From Selaginella moellendorffii (taxonomy: Eukaryota; Plantae; Lycopodiophyta): DNA of 64,000 bases. The notes beneath the pieces are model-generated. The model was given only the letters and a program-made list of their open reading frames with translations. It had not been told where the DNA came from and ran no database searches. The stretch covers positions 1 through 64,000 of the forward strand of contig NW_003314446.1 in the NCBI RefSeq assembly GCF_000143415.4, written 5' to 3'. The position numbers were made by a program, and so were the translations under genes. Shown piece by piece: positions 11,198-23,580 of the stretch; position 1 is the stretch's first letter; every line of letters starts with the position of its first letter.

Positions 11198-14100
11198 CTG
11201 TCTGTGGGTGATAGGCTGTGTTGAATTTCAACTTGGTGCGATACTGTTCTAGGAGGGTTCTTCAGAACCTACTGGTGAAGATTTTATCTCGATCTGAGAT
11301 AATCTCTTCTGGCCTTCCCCGCACTCGAACCACTTGTTCGAAGAACAACTTTGCCACACCTTCCGCATCCACTTCCGTTGTGGTGGGTATGAAATGTGCC
11401 ATCTTCAAAAATCGATCCACCACCACGAATATCGCATCAAACCCCTCGCTTGGGGGTAGTCCCGTGATGAAGTCCATCGTAAGACATTTCCACGGACGAT
11501 CTGGAATTGGGATGCTTTGCAACAAGCCCCCACTAGTCTTAGTCACGGCTTTGACCTGCTGACATGTTGGACATGTCTTTACATAGTCTTGGACATCCTT
11601 AGCCATATCTGGCCAATGATACTTCCTCTTGAGTAAGCCCATCGTCTTGGGCACTCCGCCGTGTCCCGCAAAAGGTCCGTCATGACACTCTTCTAAGGCT
11701 ACCTTCCTTAGTTCCCCTTCTGGAACATACACCCTCGTTTGCTTGTAATAGATGAGTCCGTTGCGTTCCGCATAGCCCGTTTTCTCTTCCATTGGCAGCT
11801 CACCTCTCTGGTGAGCTTCCCTTGCCTCTAGATTCCTCAGCAACACTTCTTGTACTAGCACATTGCACATCATCCTAGAAGGTTGCTGTTGCACTGGATA
11901 TCACTAACCTCAAGCTCGCTTTTCGACTTAGCGCATCCGCCACGATATTGCTCTTCCCAGGCTTGTACAGAATCTTGCAATCAAACTCGGCCAAGGCATT
12001 GGCCCACCGACCTTGTTTCCCTCTCAGATCGGGCTGTGACAAGAAGTGTTTCGTTGCCACATTGTCCATGTAAACCTTGAAGTTTCTCCCAAGGTAGTGT
12101 CGCCACTCCTTGAGCGCCTTGACCACCGCAAACAATTCCTTCTCATGGGCAGGCCACTTCCGTTGAGCCTTGTCCAACTTCTTCGAGAAGAACGCTACTG
12201 GATGGTTGTCTTGCTTCAAAACCGCGCCCAATGCAAAGTCTGAAGCATCCGTTTCTACCTCAAAGTCCTTACCAAAGTCCGGTAATGCCAACACAGGAGC
12301 CTTCCTCAACTTCTCTTTGAGGTGGACGAATGCCGCCTCGCATTCCGCTGTCCATACCATCTTCTCTTTTCCTGTTTGGTCCGTTAAGGGTAGGGCTACT
12401 CTCGAATAGTGTCTGATAAACTTTCGATAGTATTTGCATAGCCCCAAGAATGCCCTCAACTCATGTACATTCGATGGTCGCTCCCATTCCTGGATCGCTT
12501 GGACCTTCTCCGGGTCCACCTTGAGCTCGTCTTGGCCCACCACATGCCCGAGAAACTTTACCTCTTGTTGAGCAAAGTCACATTTGCTCTCTTTAGCATA
12601 CAGTTTGTGTTCCCTTAGTTTCTCAAACACCTTCGCCAAGTGTTCGGCATGCTCCTCTAGCGTCTCGCTATAGATCAGGATGTCGTCGATATAGACGACC
12701 ACAAAGTGATCCAGATAGGGTACAAAGATGTGGTTCATCAGCGCCGAAAACGTTGCCGGCGCATTGCATAGCCCGAAGGGCATCACCAGAAACTCAAAGC
12801 TCCCATACCTCGTTTGACAGGTTGTCTTCTCGACATCTTCCTTGGCTACCCTGATCTGGTAGTATCCTGACCTTAGGTCAATCCTCGAGAAGTATTTTTC
12901 CTTTCCCAACCTATCGAACAGGTCCTCAATTCTTGGCAAAGGGTACTTGTTCTTCTTTGTATACTTGTTGAGCAACCGGTAGTCTATGCACATGCGCATA
13001 GAACCATCTTTCTTTTTCACAAATAACACCGGCGCCCCATACGGCGACTTGCTCAACATAACATACCCTTTGTCCACCAACTCCTCTAGTTGGCACTTGA
13101 GCTCCTTGAGTTCTTTTTCCTTCAAACGATAGGGGGGATGAACCACCGCCTTAGCACCCTCAACCAGCTCAATCTTATGTTCTATCGGTCGTGTGGGGGG
13201 CAACCCCGCCGGTAGCTCCTCCGGCATGGTATCCTGGAATTGGTCCAACACCCACTGGATCACTAAAGGTACTTCTTCCATTCCTGTCTTTTTGTCACTT
13301 TTCACCGAGAGTAAGCACAAAAAGGCTGCCTTAGTTCCTTTAGTGAGTTGTCCTCTCGTGGACACCAGGTTTAAGCAGGAATCTTTGGCCTTGCTTTGCC
13401 CTACCTTTAGATCCTGGGCCTCCACCCTAGATCTTCTTCCTTGGGCATTCGCTAGTACCACAAGGTTTCTACCTTGTCCGTGCAGGGCTACCACGAACCG
13501 GTTGAACTAATCCATTCCGAAGATCACGTCAAATCCCGCCATGTCCAACACGGTGAAATCCATGTCTACTTTCCATGTCCCTACTTCGACTCTCGCTTGT
13601 CGAAGTACCTCATCGGTGCTTTGGCTACCTTGAACAAACTCTATAGTCCTTGGTTCGCCTAGCCGCTGCACTGTTAGTCCGGCTTTCTGGACTATGTCTG
13701 CAGCCACAAAATTATCCGAAGCACCCGTGTCAATAAGGATCTTAACAAAGCTACCTCCGAGCTTCCCTCGGAGGGCTAGTAGATGTCGCGAACAACTCTC
13801 TACCAAAGTTGCTTGTGTAATGAGTAACTTTGAGTTAGGGACTGGATCACATACCTCAATTTGGACTTCACCCGACTTGATGGCCATATTGGCTCTGGCC
13901 TTCTTTGGGTAGGGACATTCCCTCGAAAAGTGTCCCGCTTCACCGCAGTTGTAGCATACGTTGTTTCCCACGCTGCTATACAACTTGACCTTCTTATCCG
14001 TGGGTTTGTCTCTTTTCGCTTGACTCCCCCACGTACTCGCTCACTGGCCACTGGATTTGCCTTTCCGAAACCCTGATGACTCATTCTTAGAGAAACTCTT

Positions 14101-16553
14101 CTTGAATTTCCCCCTGCTATACGTTCCCCTTGGTTTGGCCCCTTTGCTAAACGTGGATCCCGAACCCGTCGTGTTCCCCTTTCGCAGGTTATCGTTGAAA
14201 TGCACCTTGATGGCCGCATCCAACGCTTCCTTGTAGTTGGTCGGGTTCCAGCGCATCACCTCACCGCGAGCCCAGGTTTGCAAACCCGATATGAAGGCAT
14301 GGAACGCATCCATATCCCCCATGTCCGTGACAAGTATCCTCTTTGCCATGAACCCATTCACATATTCCTGGATGGTTCCAATCTGCTTTAGCTTACTCAG
14401 CTCATCTCTCAGATACAGAGTGGCATTCGGAGGAACGTATGTTGCGCGGATCCTCGCCTTCATCATGTCCTAAGTGGCCACCGGTCCTTCGTTGGCCTCC
14501 GTTGTTCTCCACCAAGACTTGGCATTATCTGCCAAGTATGGTTTTGCACATGGGACCTTCTCCGAGCTCGGTAACCGCAACGCTCGGAAGTAGTCCTCCA
14601 TATCGTAAAACCAATCCTCCACCACCTTATAGTCGTGCACTCCCTTGAAGACCGGTGGGGGCTTTGGTTTATACTTGGGAACTGCCTGAGGGACTGATTC
14701 CACTTCGGTCTGTTCGACCTTGTCTGGTTTTGCCTCAGTCCCTGTCGAAGGGTCCGCACCTTCTGCGCTGCTAGCATTCGCAGTCTTTCGCTTTTTCTTC
14801 CGCTTCTCATCACACTTTAGCTTGCGTATGAGAGTCTCCAGTAGGGCATTGGTCTGCGCCAATTGTCCTTCTAGAACGTCCAATCGAGCCTTGGACGACC
14901 GAACCTCGCCACCGGACTCCTGTTTGGAAGTTTCCTCACTGGAGTCCTCCTCATGCAAGGATTCTTTGTCCATAGCCTCTTGTTCGACCGGAGGCTCTAG
15001 CTCTGGTGGAGGTTCCGTTTCCACCTAGGTTTGCTTACGCCCTGCCTTTGCCATCTCCCAGCAATCCGCCTCTATCCTTCGCTAGAATTGAGGAAAACGC
15101 TCCGATACCAAATTGTAAGCCACAAATTTTTCTTTTGCAATTTGCCAGCTTACCTCGACTATCCGTCCAACATTGCCTTGGCTTTTGCTAAGTTCCCTTG
15201 CCAAGGTTCTCGCCTATGGTACCAGCTCCTACTTGGTTTCAGCTACTCACTGCACGAGCAACGGAGTGTTAGCTATCCATCCACGGATTTCCAAATCACT
15301 CCCAATCCCCTCCCCGGGTTAGACTGGACTTAAGGTTCGGCTACACTCCCCGCAAGCACAAGCAGCCAAGCACACCAAGCTTCCAGGTTCCTAACATCCC
15401 TTGGTACCACAAGACTTGATCATGGGACCCTCTAAATCCCAAGTCTTGAGTGCAACACTTGCTTCGGGACGCCGAGGCGAAACACCATGGCCTAGCGGCC
15501 CGGTATGGGTACCTCTACCCCCCCACTTCCATCCCGAAGGAAGGCCCAAGCCCCTAGGAAGGGCAAGGACCAATGAGCCACATGGTACTCAAGTGGGGCA
15601 CCACTCCACATGAGCCGGGAGCACCGCAATCGGTTTCCCTTTCGGGAGTGGGAGCTGCTCTTGAGCACTTCCTTGGATGGCCCCTCTGGCACCAGCCAAG
15701 TCTATGCTCACTCCCACCCAAGGCCCCTCGGTCCCAGTCTCAACCTCAAGTCGGTTTGGAAGCCCCACTGGAGAGTCCCTTCAAAACTGGTTCCTGGACC
15801 TCACTATCCCTACTATACTTTTGGAACCCCCTACAGCCCCCCCCCTTGGGAGACGCACGCTTTGGGCTTTCACCCCTTGACCCGTATTAGTATTTGGACT
15901 TAGTCTCTGGCTCGATCTCGGACTCGATTTCGGATCCGACTTCCGATTCGGTCTCGGACTCGATCTCGGACCCGATCTCGAACCTGACCTCGGACTCAAC
16001 CTCGGACTCGGCCTCGGACCCGATTTCGGATCTCGGACTCCATCTCGGACTCGGTCTCGAACTCGGTCTCGAACTCGGTCCCTGAGTCGGCCTCGGACTC
16101 GATTCCAGACTCTATCTTGAACTCGGTCTCAGAGTCGGTCTTGGACTTGATCTTCGACTTGGTCCCATCCGATGAACTCTTTGTCATTTTGGTCATGCTT
16201 TCGGGGTTCCTTTAGCCTACGACACCTCGGCGAGTTGGTTCCTTACACTCAGGTCCATCTCAGACTCCATCTCGAACTCCATCTTGTATCCCATCTCAAG
16301 TCCATCTCAGACTCCATCTCAGGTCCATCTCGAACTCCATCTTGTATCCCATCTCAAGTCCATCTCAGACTCCATCTCAGGTCCATCTCGGGTCCATCCA
16401 CGTGTCATATGTTGGTCCTCTTGAGTCCCTTTTCTAAAGACTCATTTATTTCTCGCTTCGTGCTCCTTCCTTGAGCACTTTGTTAGGAGTTCCATTCCCA
16501 CTTTCAACTTTTCAAGTTGGAGCTTTTAGTCCAAACGTGTTTCACTTGTTTGG

Positions 16554-16747
16554 TGTAAGCTCCTGAATTTGGACTTCCCGGGAGGTCACCTAGCCCAATA
16601 CTATTCAAACCCAAGGACACTCAACCCCAATTATCCCAAGACCCTTAACCGATTGGAAAAAGGGGTGCACTCTTGTTCATGGGCCTTTTCCCTCTATATT
16701 TGAACCCCATGGATCGTCTCTTAAGTCGTTCCCTTTGGTTGCTTACA
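16554..16747 (-). mobile_element. Solo LTR of a Cassandra-like TRIM carrying a 5S rRNA-derived domain
   Basis: TGTAAGC...GCTTACA with 5-bp TSD TTTGG; minus strand GTTGAGTGTCCTTGGG..ATAGTATTGGGCTAGGTGACCTCCCGGGAAGTCC matches the 5S internal control region. Confidence 0.85.
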
Positions 16748-17159
16748 TTTGGCTTCCGCTTTGGCCACTACTACGTGGCACCCTTTTTGCTCCACTTTGA
16801 ATTTCAAGATTTGTGTCTCACAACTCCACCAGCCATAGATAAACTTTAATGTCCTCATTGAATGATAAACCATTTTATAAAGTAACTCTATTATGGATTA
16901 CCATTTTCCTTAGCACCAAGCTAATATTTGTCAATATTTCGACACCGAAGGCTCACTATCCTTTCTCATCCTTTAAGGATCATAGTCTCTCCAACTTAGA
17001 AACTCATCTAAACACCTAAACTTAGAGACACCTTTTTTATACTATTTATTCTCGAATAGTCTCAGCTTTTATCAATCTAACCACCACACTTTGGAACTTT
17101 AATTTTGACTTCTCAAGTCAATGTTTTGGGTGTTTTTAACACCTTACATTGCACATATT

Positions 17160-17585
17160 GTGCAAACTCCACTTCCCCCTTTTAAGAAGTTTTTTTACTT
17201 GAGGGCACCATTATCCCACAAACCATTAGTATCCACCACGTGGGTGTTATTCGTCTAATTTGTCATTTGGATGTGCAAACTCCACTTCCCCCTTTTAAGA
17301 AGTTTTTTTACTTGAGGGCACCATTATCCCACAAACCATTAGTATTCACCATATGGGTGTTATTCGTCTAATTTGTCATTTGGATTTCTTTTAATGTTTT
17401 CCATGGCCCATTTTTGGCTACTAGTCTTTTGCTTTTATATTTTGTTACACTATGCAACATAGAATCACTACCTTCGTCTAATTTGTCATTTGGATTTCTT
17501 TTAATGTTTTCCATGGCCCATTCTTGGCTATTAGTCTTTTGCTTTTATATTTTGTTACACCATGCAACATAAAATCACTACCTGC
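17160..17585. repeat. Local tandem duplications (~110-113-bp units) in the old element
   Basis: 17160-17272 is repeated at 17273-17385; ~17363-17473 is repeated at ~17474-17585. Confidence 0.8.
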
Positions 17586-17668
17586 ATCATAGAATCACTA
17601 CTTTCATTTGTGAGACATCCTTTTGATTCCATAGTAAAGGCTTTGCTTTGCCAAGTTTAGGAAGTGTT

Positions 17669-17990
17669 TGTAAGCTCCTGAATTTGGATTTCCCGAGAGG
17701 TCACCCAACTCAGTACTATTTAAACCCAAGGATGCTTAACCTCAAATATCCCAAAACTTTTAACTAATTGAAAAAGGGGGTGCACTCTTGTTCATGGGCC
17801 CCTTCCCTTTATATTTGAACCCTTATAGATCGTTTCTCAAGTCATTCTCTTTGGTTACTTACAATCCACCATGCTTCCCTACAAGTTCACGCTCTTGTGA
17901 ATGGAAGCTGAGAGCTACAGCTCTCCTCAGAGCCCCACTCTTTTGACACCTTACCCCTCGGGTCAAACCCAACGAGAGCAAATTAGACCT
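17669..17990 (-). mobile_element. Truncated Cassandra-like TRIM: 3' LTR (17669-17863), PPT and part of the internal domain
   Basis: LTR homologous to 16554-16747; adjacent sequence is the reverse complement of the internal domain at ~48110-48217. Confidence 0.8.
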
Positions 17991-18631
17991 GCAACGAGAG
18001 CAATATTTTTTGCTGTGGGCTCAATCTATAGCCCAACCTTGTGACCCACCCATGGGTCCTTCTTTAAAGGCATTTTTCTTGAACTCACAATACCATTGCA
18101 ATGTTGTAGTTCATTTCCCTTAGATGTCCTTTTCACTTAGTCACCTTGACCAAGCCACACCATTACCAATAGTTCAAATCAACACTTTGAATTAGGAACC
18201 TCATTCCTTAATCTCACAAGGACATTGTCCTTATTTAGCTATAAGATCACTTAGTGATATAACTTTGACACCTTAACAAATTTACCAATAGGTACTAGGT
18301 CTTCCAGACCTTTAAGTTGTTGATCATAACCCTAAGGGCATCCCTCACACTTAGCAGTGTGCCCAAACCCCTTTTGGCCAAGGGTCTATAATAACTGAGA
18401 CTAGGTGTTCCATCTCATTCACCACGTCTTTGGTGCCATTTGCACAAAAGTGTTCAAGTTAGATGTGCCGAGTTTTCACACTAAGTAATCTAGCTGTGCA
18501 TTATGACTTTGGGGGATCCCTTGCTTGGCAGTATGCCCAAACTAGTCTCCTTACTAAGAGTCTATGACCACCAAAAAATGAATGTCCTCATATTTCACCC
18601 TAGTGAGTTGGGACTCAAACCCAAGCATTAA

Positions 18632-21600
18632 CTGGCGCTTGATAACAATGCTCACGACAGCATATAAAATCTATGCAAAAGCAATGGCCCTCAAACTCCA
18701 ACTGGTGATGCCGATGGTAATTAGAGAGTAGTAGATAGGTTTTGTCCCAGGAAGACAGATCGCGGAGAACATATGGACATATCTTCTCGCTTAGAGATGG
18801 GCAAATGTCTCGAATCAACATGCAGTGGCATGGCTCTTGGATTTCGAAAAGGCATATGATAGGGTGGATTGGGATTTCCTAGAGCGTTACATGGGAAGGA
18901 TTGGGCTCCCGTCTCAGATGGTGAAGAGGATTTCCCTGCTATACAGAGGAGCGTCAAGCAGGGTTGTAATCAACGGGGAGCTCGGACCGCCCTTCGAGCT
19001 GGGGAGATCTGTCCGGCAGGGATGTCCCTTGGCGCCATACTTATTCCTGATTGTGGCAGAAGCGTTGGGAGCATTCTTGACTAAGCAAGGATCAATCAAG
19101 GGACTAGTCCTCCCACAGTCTCGGGAGCAGCTCCACGGTACAGAGCAGGTGGTGCACTCCTTGTTGGATGGGGCCTTTCCAGACGATACGGCCCTATTCC
19201 TGGAAGCGTCACAGGAAAACTTAGACAAAGCGAAGGAAGGCCTGGAAAAATTCAATGTAGCGGCAGGGGCAGCCATCAACTGGAACAAGTCCGTAGGGGT
19301 TAATTGGGGAGCCTAGGGGATCGAGACATGGGGATAGTCTATAGGGTTCCAATGGTTGGCGCAAGGGGAGTCCACGAGATACCTTGGTATACAGGTAGGA
19401 GTTCATTTCCGCGCAAACACACAAGACGAAATGCTGCTGAGTCGTACCAAAACCACAATCCTCAAATGGTCACCAAGGAAACTGGGGCTACCAGCTCGAG
19501 TAGTAGTGGCAAGAAGCATAATCCTCCCGGGGATCTGGTACCACCTTTCAATATGGCCGGTGCTGGAGGCAACAATAAAGAAGCTACGTGCGATGGTCCG
19601 CACGTACGTATGGAGAGGTGCTTTGGTCTCAGGGAGGACCATGGCAAAAGTGGCGTGGCAATCGACGGCACGGCCCCGGGCACTTGGAGGGTTGGGAATA
19701 ATCGACCCGAGCGATATGGCAAAGGCGCTGAGGTATAAAGTGATTTTGTTGGGACTACAGCCAGGCCACCAACCATGGAAGCTGCTCTTCAGGCAGAGCC
19801 TCCTTTCGATTCGGCCAAAGCAGGGACCCGTAGTGCCATGGGAGGAGGACCCGCGATGGCTTTTCGCAGAGGGACAGACACAGGTTATTGGTGGCGGACC
19901 ACTCATACAAGGGATACACCGGCTCTGGAAGTCCTTCCCTCTGGACCAGGTCACTCCCACAAGGGCAGAGGACTGGCTAAACCAGCCTCTTTTCTTCAAC
20001 GCGCTGTTCAAAGAAGGCCAAACAACGTTAGGACGGGAAAGGAACCATACGATTTGGAGGCGCTTGCACCAGGGAGGTTTCCGGACACTCAAGGACTTGG
20101 TGGGCGTGGTGGATAGGAACAAGGTGGTAGCCGCTCAGAGACTTAATGCTTTCTGCACAGGGACGAGGATGAACCTCCACAGAGATCTCATTCGGCTGAT
20201 CAGGGCTACGTGCGATGCTCGCCCGGGAAAGGCTTGGCCGAGACGTAAACTCGTAAAAGGGGACTTTGTAGCACTGCAGCGCGGAACGCAAGTTGGAGGG
20301 ACTAAGGGAAAGCTGGGGCACTGGTCGCGAGCGTTCACGGCCCCCACTCCGGAGTGAAGCAATGGTGAGACTGAGGTATGGTGGGTTATCTCCCCTGGAG
20401 AGAACACCGGACGACCATTTCGGGCACTTGACAACGGGACGCTGATGGAGAGGGGAGACACACAGCAGATGCTAGACGTCAGTGATGGGGAGGTCATGGG
20501 GAGAATTCGCATCCTCCACCAAACGCCCAAGAAGGTGGAAGTTGCAGAGCTAGGCCGGAGCAGTAGCGAAACAGGGACCTTTGTTTGGTGGAGGAATCAG
20601 CTCATTGAGGAGCTAGAATGGGATCCTGCAGGGTGGAGACGTGGAACACAAGAATTTTTTGCGTATGAGGTGAAGGAAGCTCGTGACAATCTCATGGTCA
20701 ACCGGGAATTCCAACGCGAGGAGATACCAAAGTTGTGGAGGAAATGGGTCGAGCTAGGGGTAGACGCGGGGGAAGTTGTATGATTTCTGGAAGCTCCCGG
20801 TCCACGAGAAGGTAAAGGTGACATTGTGGCTAGTAGCCATAAACGGGCTCCCGGTAGGTCAGAGATTCCAGGAAGATGCAGCACGGAGATGCAGAGAATG
20901 TGGGACACTGGAGACAGTGGCACATGTCTTCTGGGAGTGCGATGTGGCGAAGGAGGTATGGAAGCAGATCTTGTGAGCCACAAAAGAACTAGGAGTCACG
21001 CAGGAGTTTGAGGTCAGGGAGGGTGATACGCTGCAGTGGTTCGAAGGAGCAAGGGGACCCCCCATGGGACCTGCTTGGAGACGGATCAAATGCTAAGGTC
21101 ACAACGGATGGGGGGTACGAGCTAGGTGGGATCCGACAGGAGCAGAGATCGGGACCACAGTATGGCAAGCAGTGGGTCATGATAGATGGGCGGTCTGGAG
21201 AGCCACGACAGTCCAGGCACTTTGGGAAGCGAGGAACCTCCACCACTTTGAAGGCAAACAGGCACGGGTTTCAGCGATCATCGCGACGTGGTGGAGGCTG
21301 TCACTAGCAGCGGTCAAGTTGAGGGATACGCTACTTAGGGAACAGGATAAATACGCGAGGATCCAGGCATGGCACAACCGGTGGTTCCCCTGCCTTGGAC
21401 AAGAGGGACCGGAAGGAGTTAAGTGGAAATGGAGGCTGCCAAATGTGATTTTACAGGCAGCATGAAGGGGGGACATAGAGCTGGACGCGATACGACGGAG
21501 ACGACTGCAGCCACTTTTACTGCAGGCCTAGTCTCACTTTAGATGAGGGAGATCCCACTAGGTAGCATGAGCTTCGGGCAGCATGCCTGGTTTTTGTATT

Positions 21601-21640
21601 AGTCCCTATGGGACATTGGGGAATGTATATATACGTTTCA
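18632..21640 (+). mobile_element. 5'-truncated L1/Tx1-like LINE (ORF2 RT plus C-terminal zinc-binding region), degenerate
   Basis: LLDFEKAYDRVDWDFL, SVRQGCPLAPYLF, F(P)DDT, RYLG, GGLG, CRECGTLETVAHVFWEC; 17-bp TSD TC(A/G)AACCCAAGCATTAA at 18615-18631 and 21641-21657. Confidence 0.92.
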
Positions 21641-22440
21641 TCGAACCCAAGCATTAAAGGGTTGGGACTCAAACCCAACCTTTGTATATGCATCTACAGA
21701 TGGCATCACCTAAGATGCCTAATGTGACTCCCTATACCGGTGCACCAACTTATACCCAAAGTGTGTTACGGATCACAACTTAGGAATTTAGTTCTTTCGA
21801 ACTGTTAAGTCCTCTCACTTGACAAATCTGTGATTATGCATAGACTCTATGTTTGGCCCCATGGGCCACCTTTTTTGAAGTCAACACCTTCAACTAGGGT
21901 CTTTGTTCCCCTGACTTGCCAATCTCGCTTAGCAAGTCACATGACCAACGTAACATAATTTCATGCATAAACATAAAAGTCTTTAACTATTGATTTTTAT
22001 TCAAAGCCATTTCTTTGAACACTCGGGAATTACTTCCCCAACCTTGACAACCTCACCTTATAGTAAGTTTCAAGACCACACTTCTGTTGCACCACTCTGA
22101 TTTTGTGTGTTCTATAAATTATTTACACTTGTCTTTCTAAGTACTAATCTACCTAGAATTGTCCTTGGGAACCTTAAAGAGACTCTATCCTTTAGCTTGC
22201 TAAGGTTTTTTTTTTGCAAGCCTTCTAATTGCTATATGGTCTAATATGGATAATTCCATATTTTAGACTTTCCATAGCATCACGGTTGTTAATTATAACA
22301 CTTTCGAGCATTCACTTGATTCTTCACTCCCAACTTGCATAACCACATTGACTATGTCTTTCAATTCTTATGGTTCAATTCTATCCCTTTACTATTTACT
22401 TTTGGCCTTACGCCTTCCTTTTAATTATTCTCCTCATGAC

Positions 22441-23542
22441 TGTAAGCAACTAAATTTTCCATTCTACTTTAGTCACTTAACCACACCTTTGACCACTTGG
22501 AAGAGTCTCATTCACAACCTCCATAAGTCCAATCCAGGACTTGGGACTTGCTAGCCCCGAGAATGGCATCCATGCCACTCAACATTTGCACTTGGTCCAA
22601 GTGCTCCACGTGTCCGATCCCATGACCGACACTCAAAGGTACCACCGACATAGCAGCCCGTTACGCTAAGGCCATGCCCAATCACCTTTGCCACACTGGT
22701 AGTCCAATACCACTTGCATCACCGTCTTGGCTCTCCAAGACTAGGCAAACCATCCGTGAGTGGTCATCTCAGATCCACTCCTTAGCATCCTTAGGATGCC
22801 CACCGACAAGGGGAATAGCCTTCCCCAATATCCCTCTGTCAGTCCCCACTAAGTCCCTTTCTGCCCCTGGCCGTGTTTGCCAACACTGCCACTGGATCGA
22901 GACCCACAGGCCCGACCACTAAGTCCCACGGTCCTCTGGGACTTCCTCACCACACGACTGTGTCCTTGGTCACTACCCCAGAGGACTGCTCCTCTTCCTT
23001 TCCACAGTCTGGGCCTTTGGGACAACATTTCGGAACACCGTGGCCTTACGCGAGCCACCTAGGTACTCTCCTCGCCTTCTGTCCTTGGGTGCTCTAGCCA
23101 TGGGCTTAGAGCGGGTTCCGTTGAGCCACACCAGGTATCCAAGTAGGTAGTGCCACCCACACTTGGACTGGGAGCATCGGCCAGTCGATCTCCCTGGGGA
23201 ACTAGAGCCGGCTCTTGAACACTTCACCAAGCTACCCCGCTTGTCGGTCTGTGTTCACTCTAGTCTTGGACTTCCCAGTGGGCAGCTCATCACCCAACAC
23301 TGGGTCCGGCCTTCCTGGGCCAAACTGGCCTTTCCTGGCCAAACTGGCTCCACTGCAGTCCTCCCCCTACTATACTTTTGGAGCTCACCAAACCCCCCAG
23401 GGTCTGGGAGACGAACGCTTTGGGCTTTCACCCTCTCAGGCTCCGGACTCGGACTCGGACTCGGACTCGGACTCGGATTCGGACTCGGACTCGGGCTCGG
23501 GCTCGGTCTCGGGCTCGGGCTCGGTCTCGGTCTCGGTCCCGA

Positions 23543-23580
<38 letters not shown>

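Larger units (their letters stand above)
10478..15054 (-). pseudogene. gag-pol polyprotein (Gag, CCHC knuckle, PR, RT, RNase H, IN, GPY/F, start of chromodomain) with a few point stops, one frameshift and two intron-like inserts
   Basis: ATG at 15054; CYNCGEAGHFSREC; LIDTGASDNF; YIDDILIYS; [13 protein letters not shown]; HDGPFAGH..CPTCQ; MDFITGLP; SDRDKIF; VFHVNLLKPY; EEEYEVEAI. ORFs starting at 15024, 14466, 13983 and 13494 share one frame, separated by single TAG/TGA codons. Confidence 0.93.
10478..16247 (-). mobile_element. Ty3/Gypsy chromovirus-type LTR retrotransposon, 3'-truncated within the chromodomain
   Basis: 5' LTR 15114-16247 (TGTAAG...CTTACA), PBS TGGTATCGGAGC at 15099-15110, and gag-pol with PR-RT-RH-IN-chromodomain order. 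Confidence 0.95.

Noticed and set aside
11875-11908. Possible third intron (34 nt, GTTAGT...TTCTAG) whose removal would delete a stop and fix the RNase H-integrase frameshift
   Set aside because: Shorter than the other introns here, no clear branch point, and its translation ([18 protein letters not shown]) looks like the normal coding linker; a point stop plus a small indel also explains it. Worth checking in the same junction-read test.
19138-19182. GT...AG stretch just before the LINE RT DD motif
   Set aside because: The frame is already open, and removal would delete the residues needed before DD.
23266-23296. CTGGGAAGTCCAA in the LARD LTR (minus strand) resembling the 5S/Cassandra box C flank
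   Set aside because: Only ~13 bp match, with no box A or intermediate element; may be chance.
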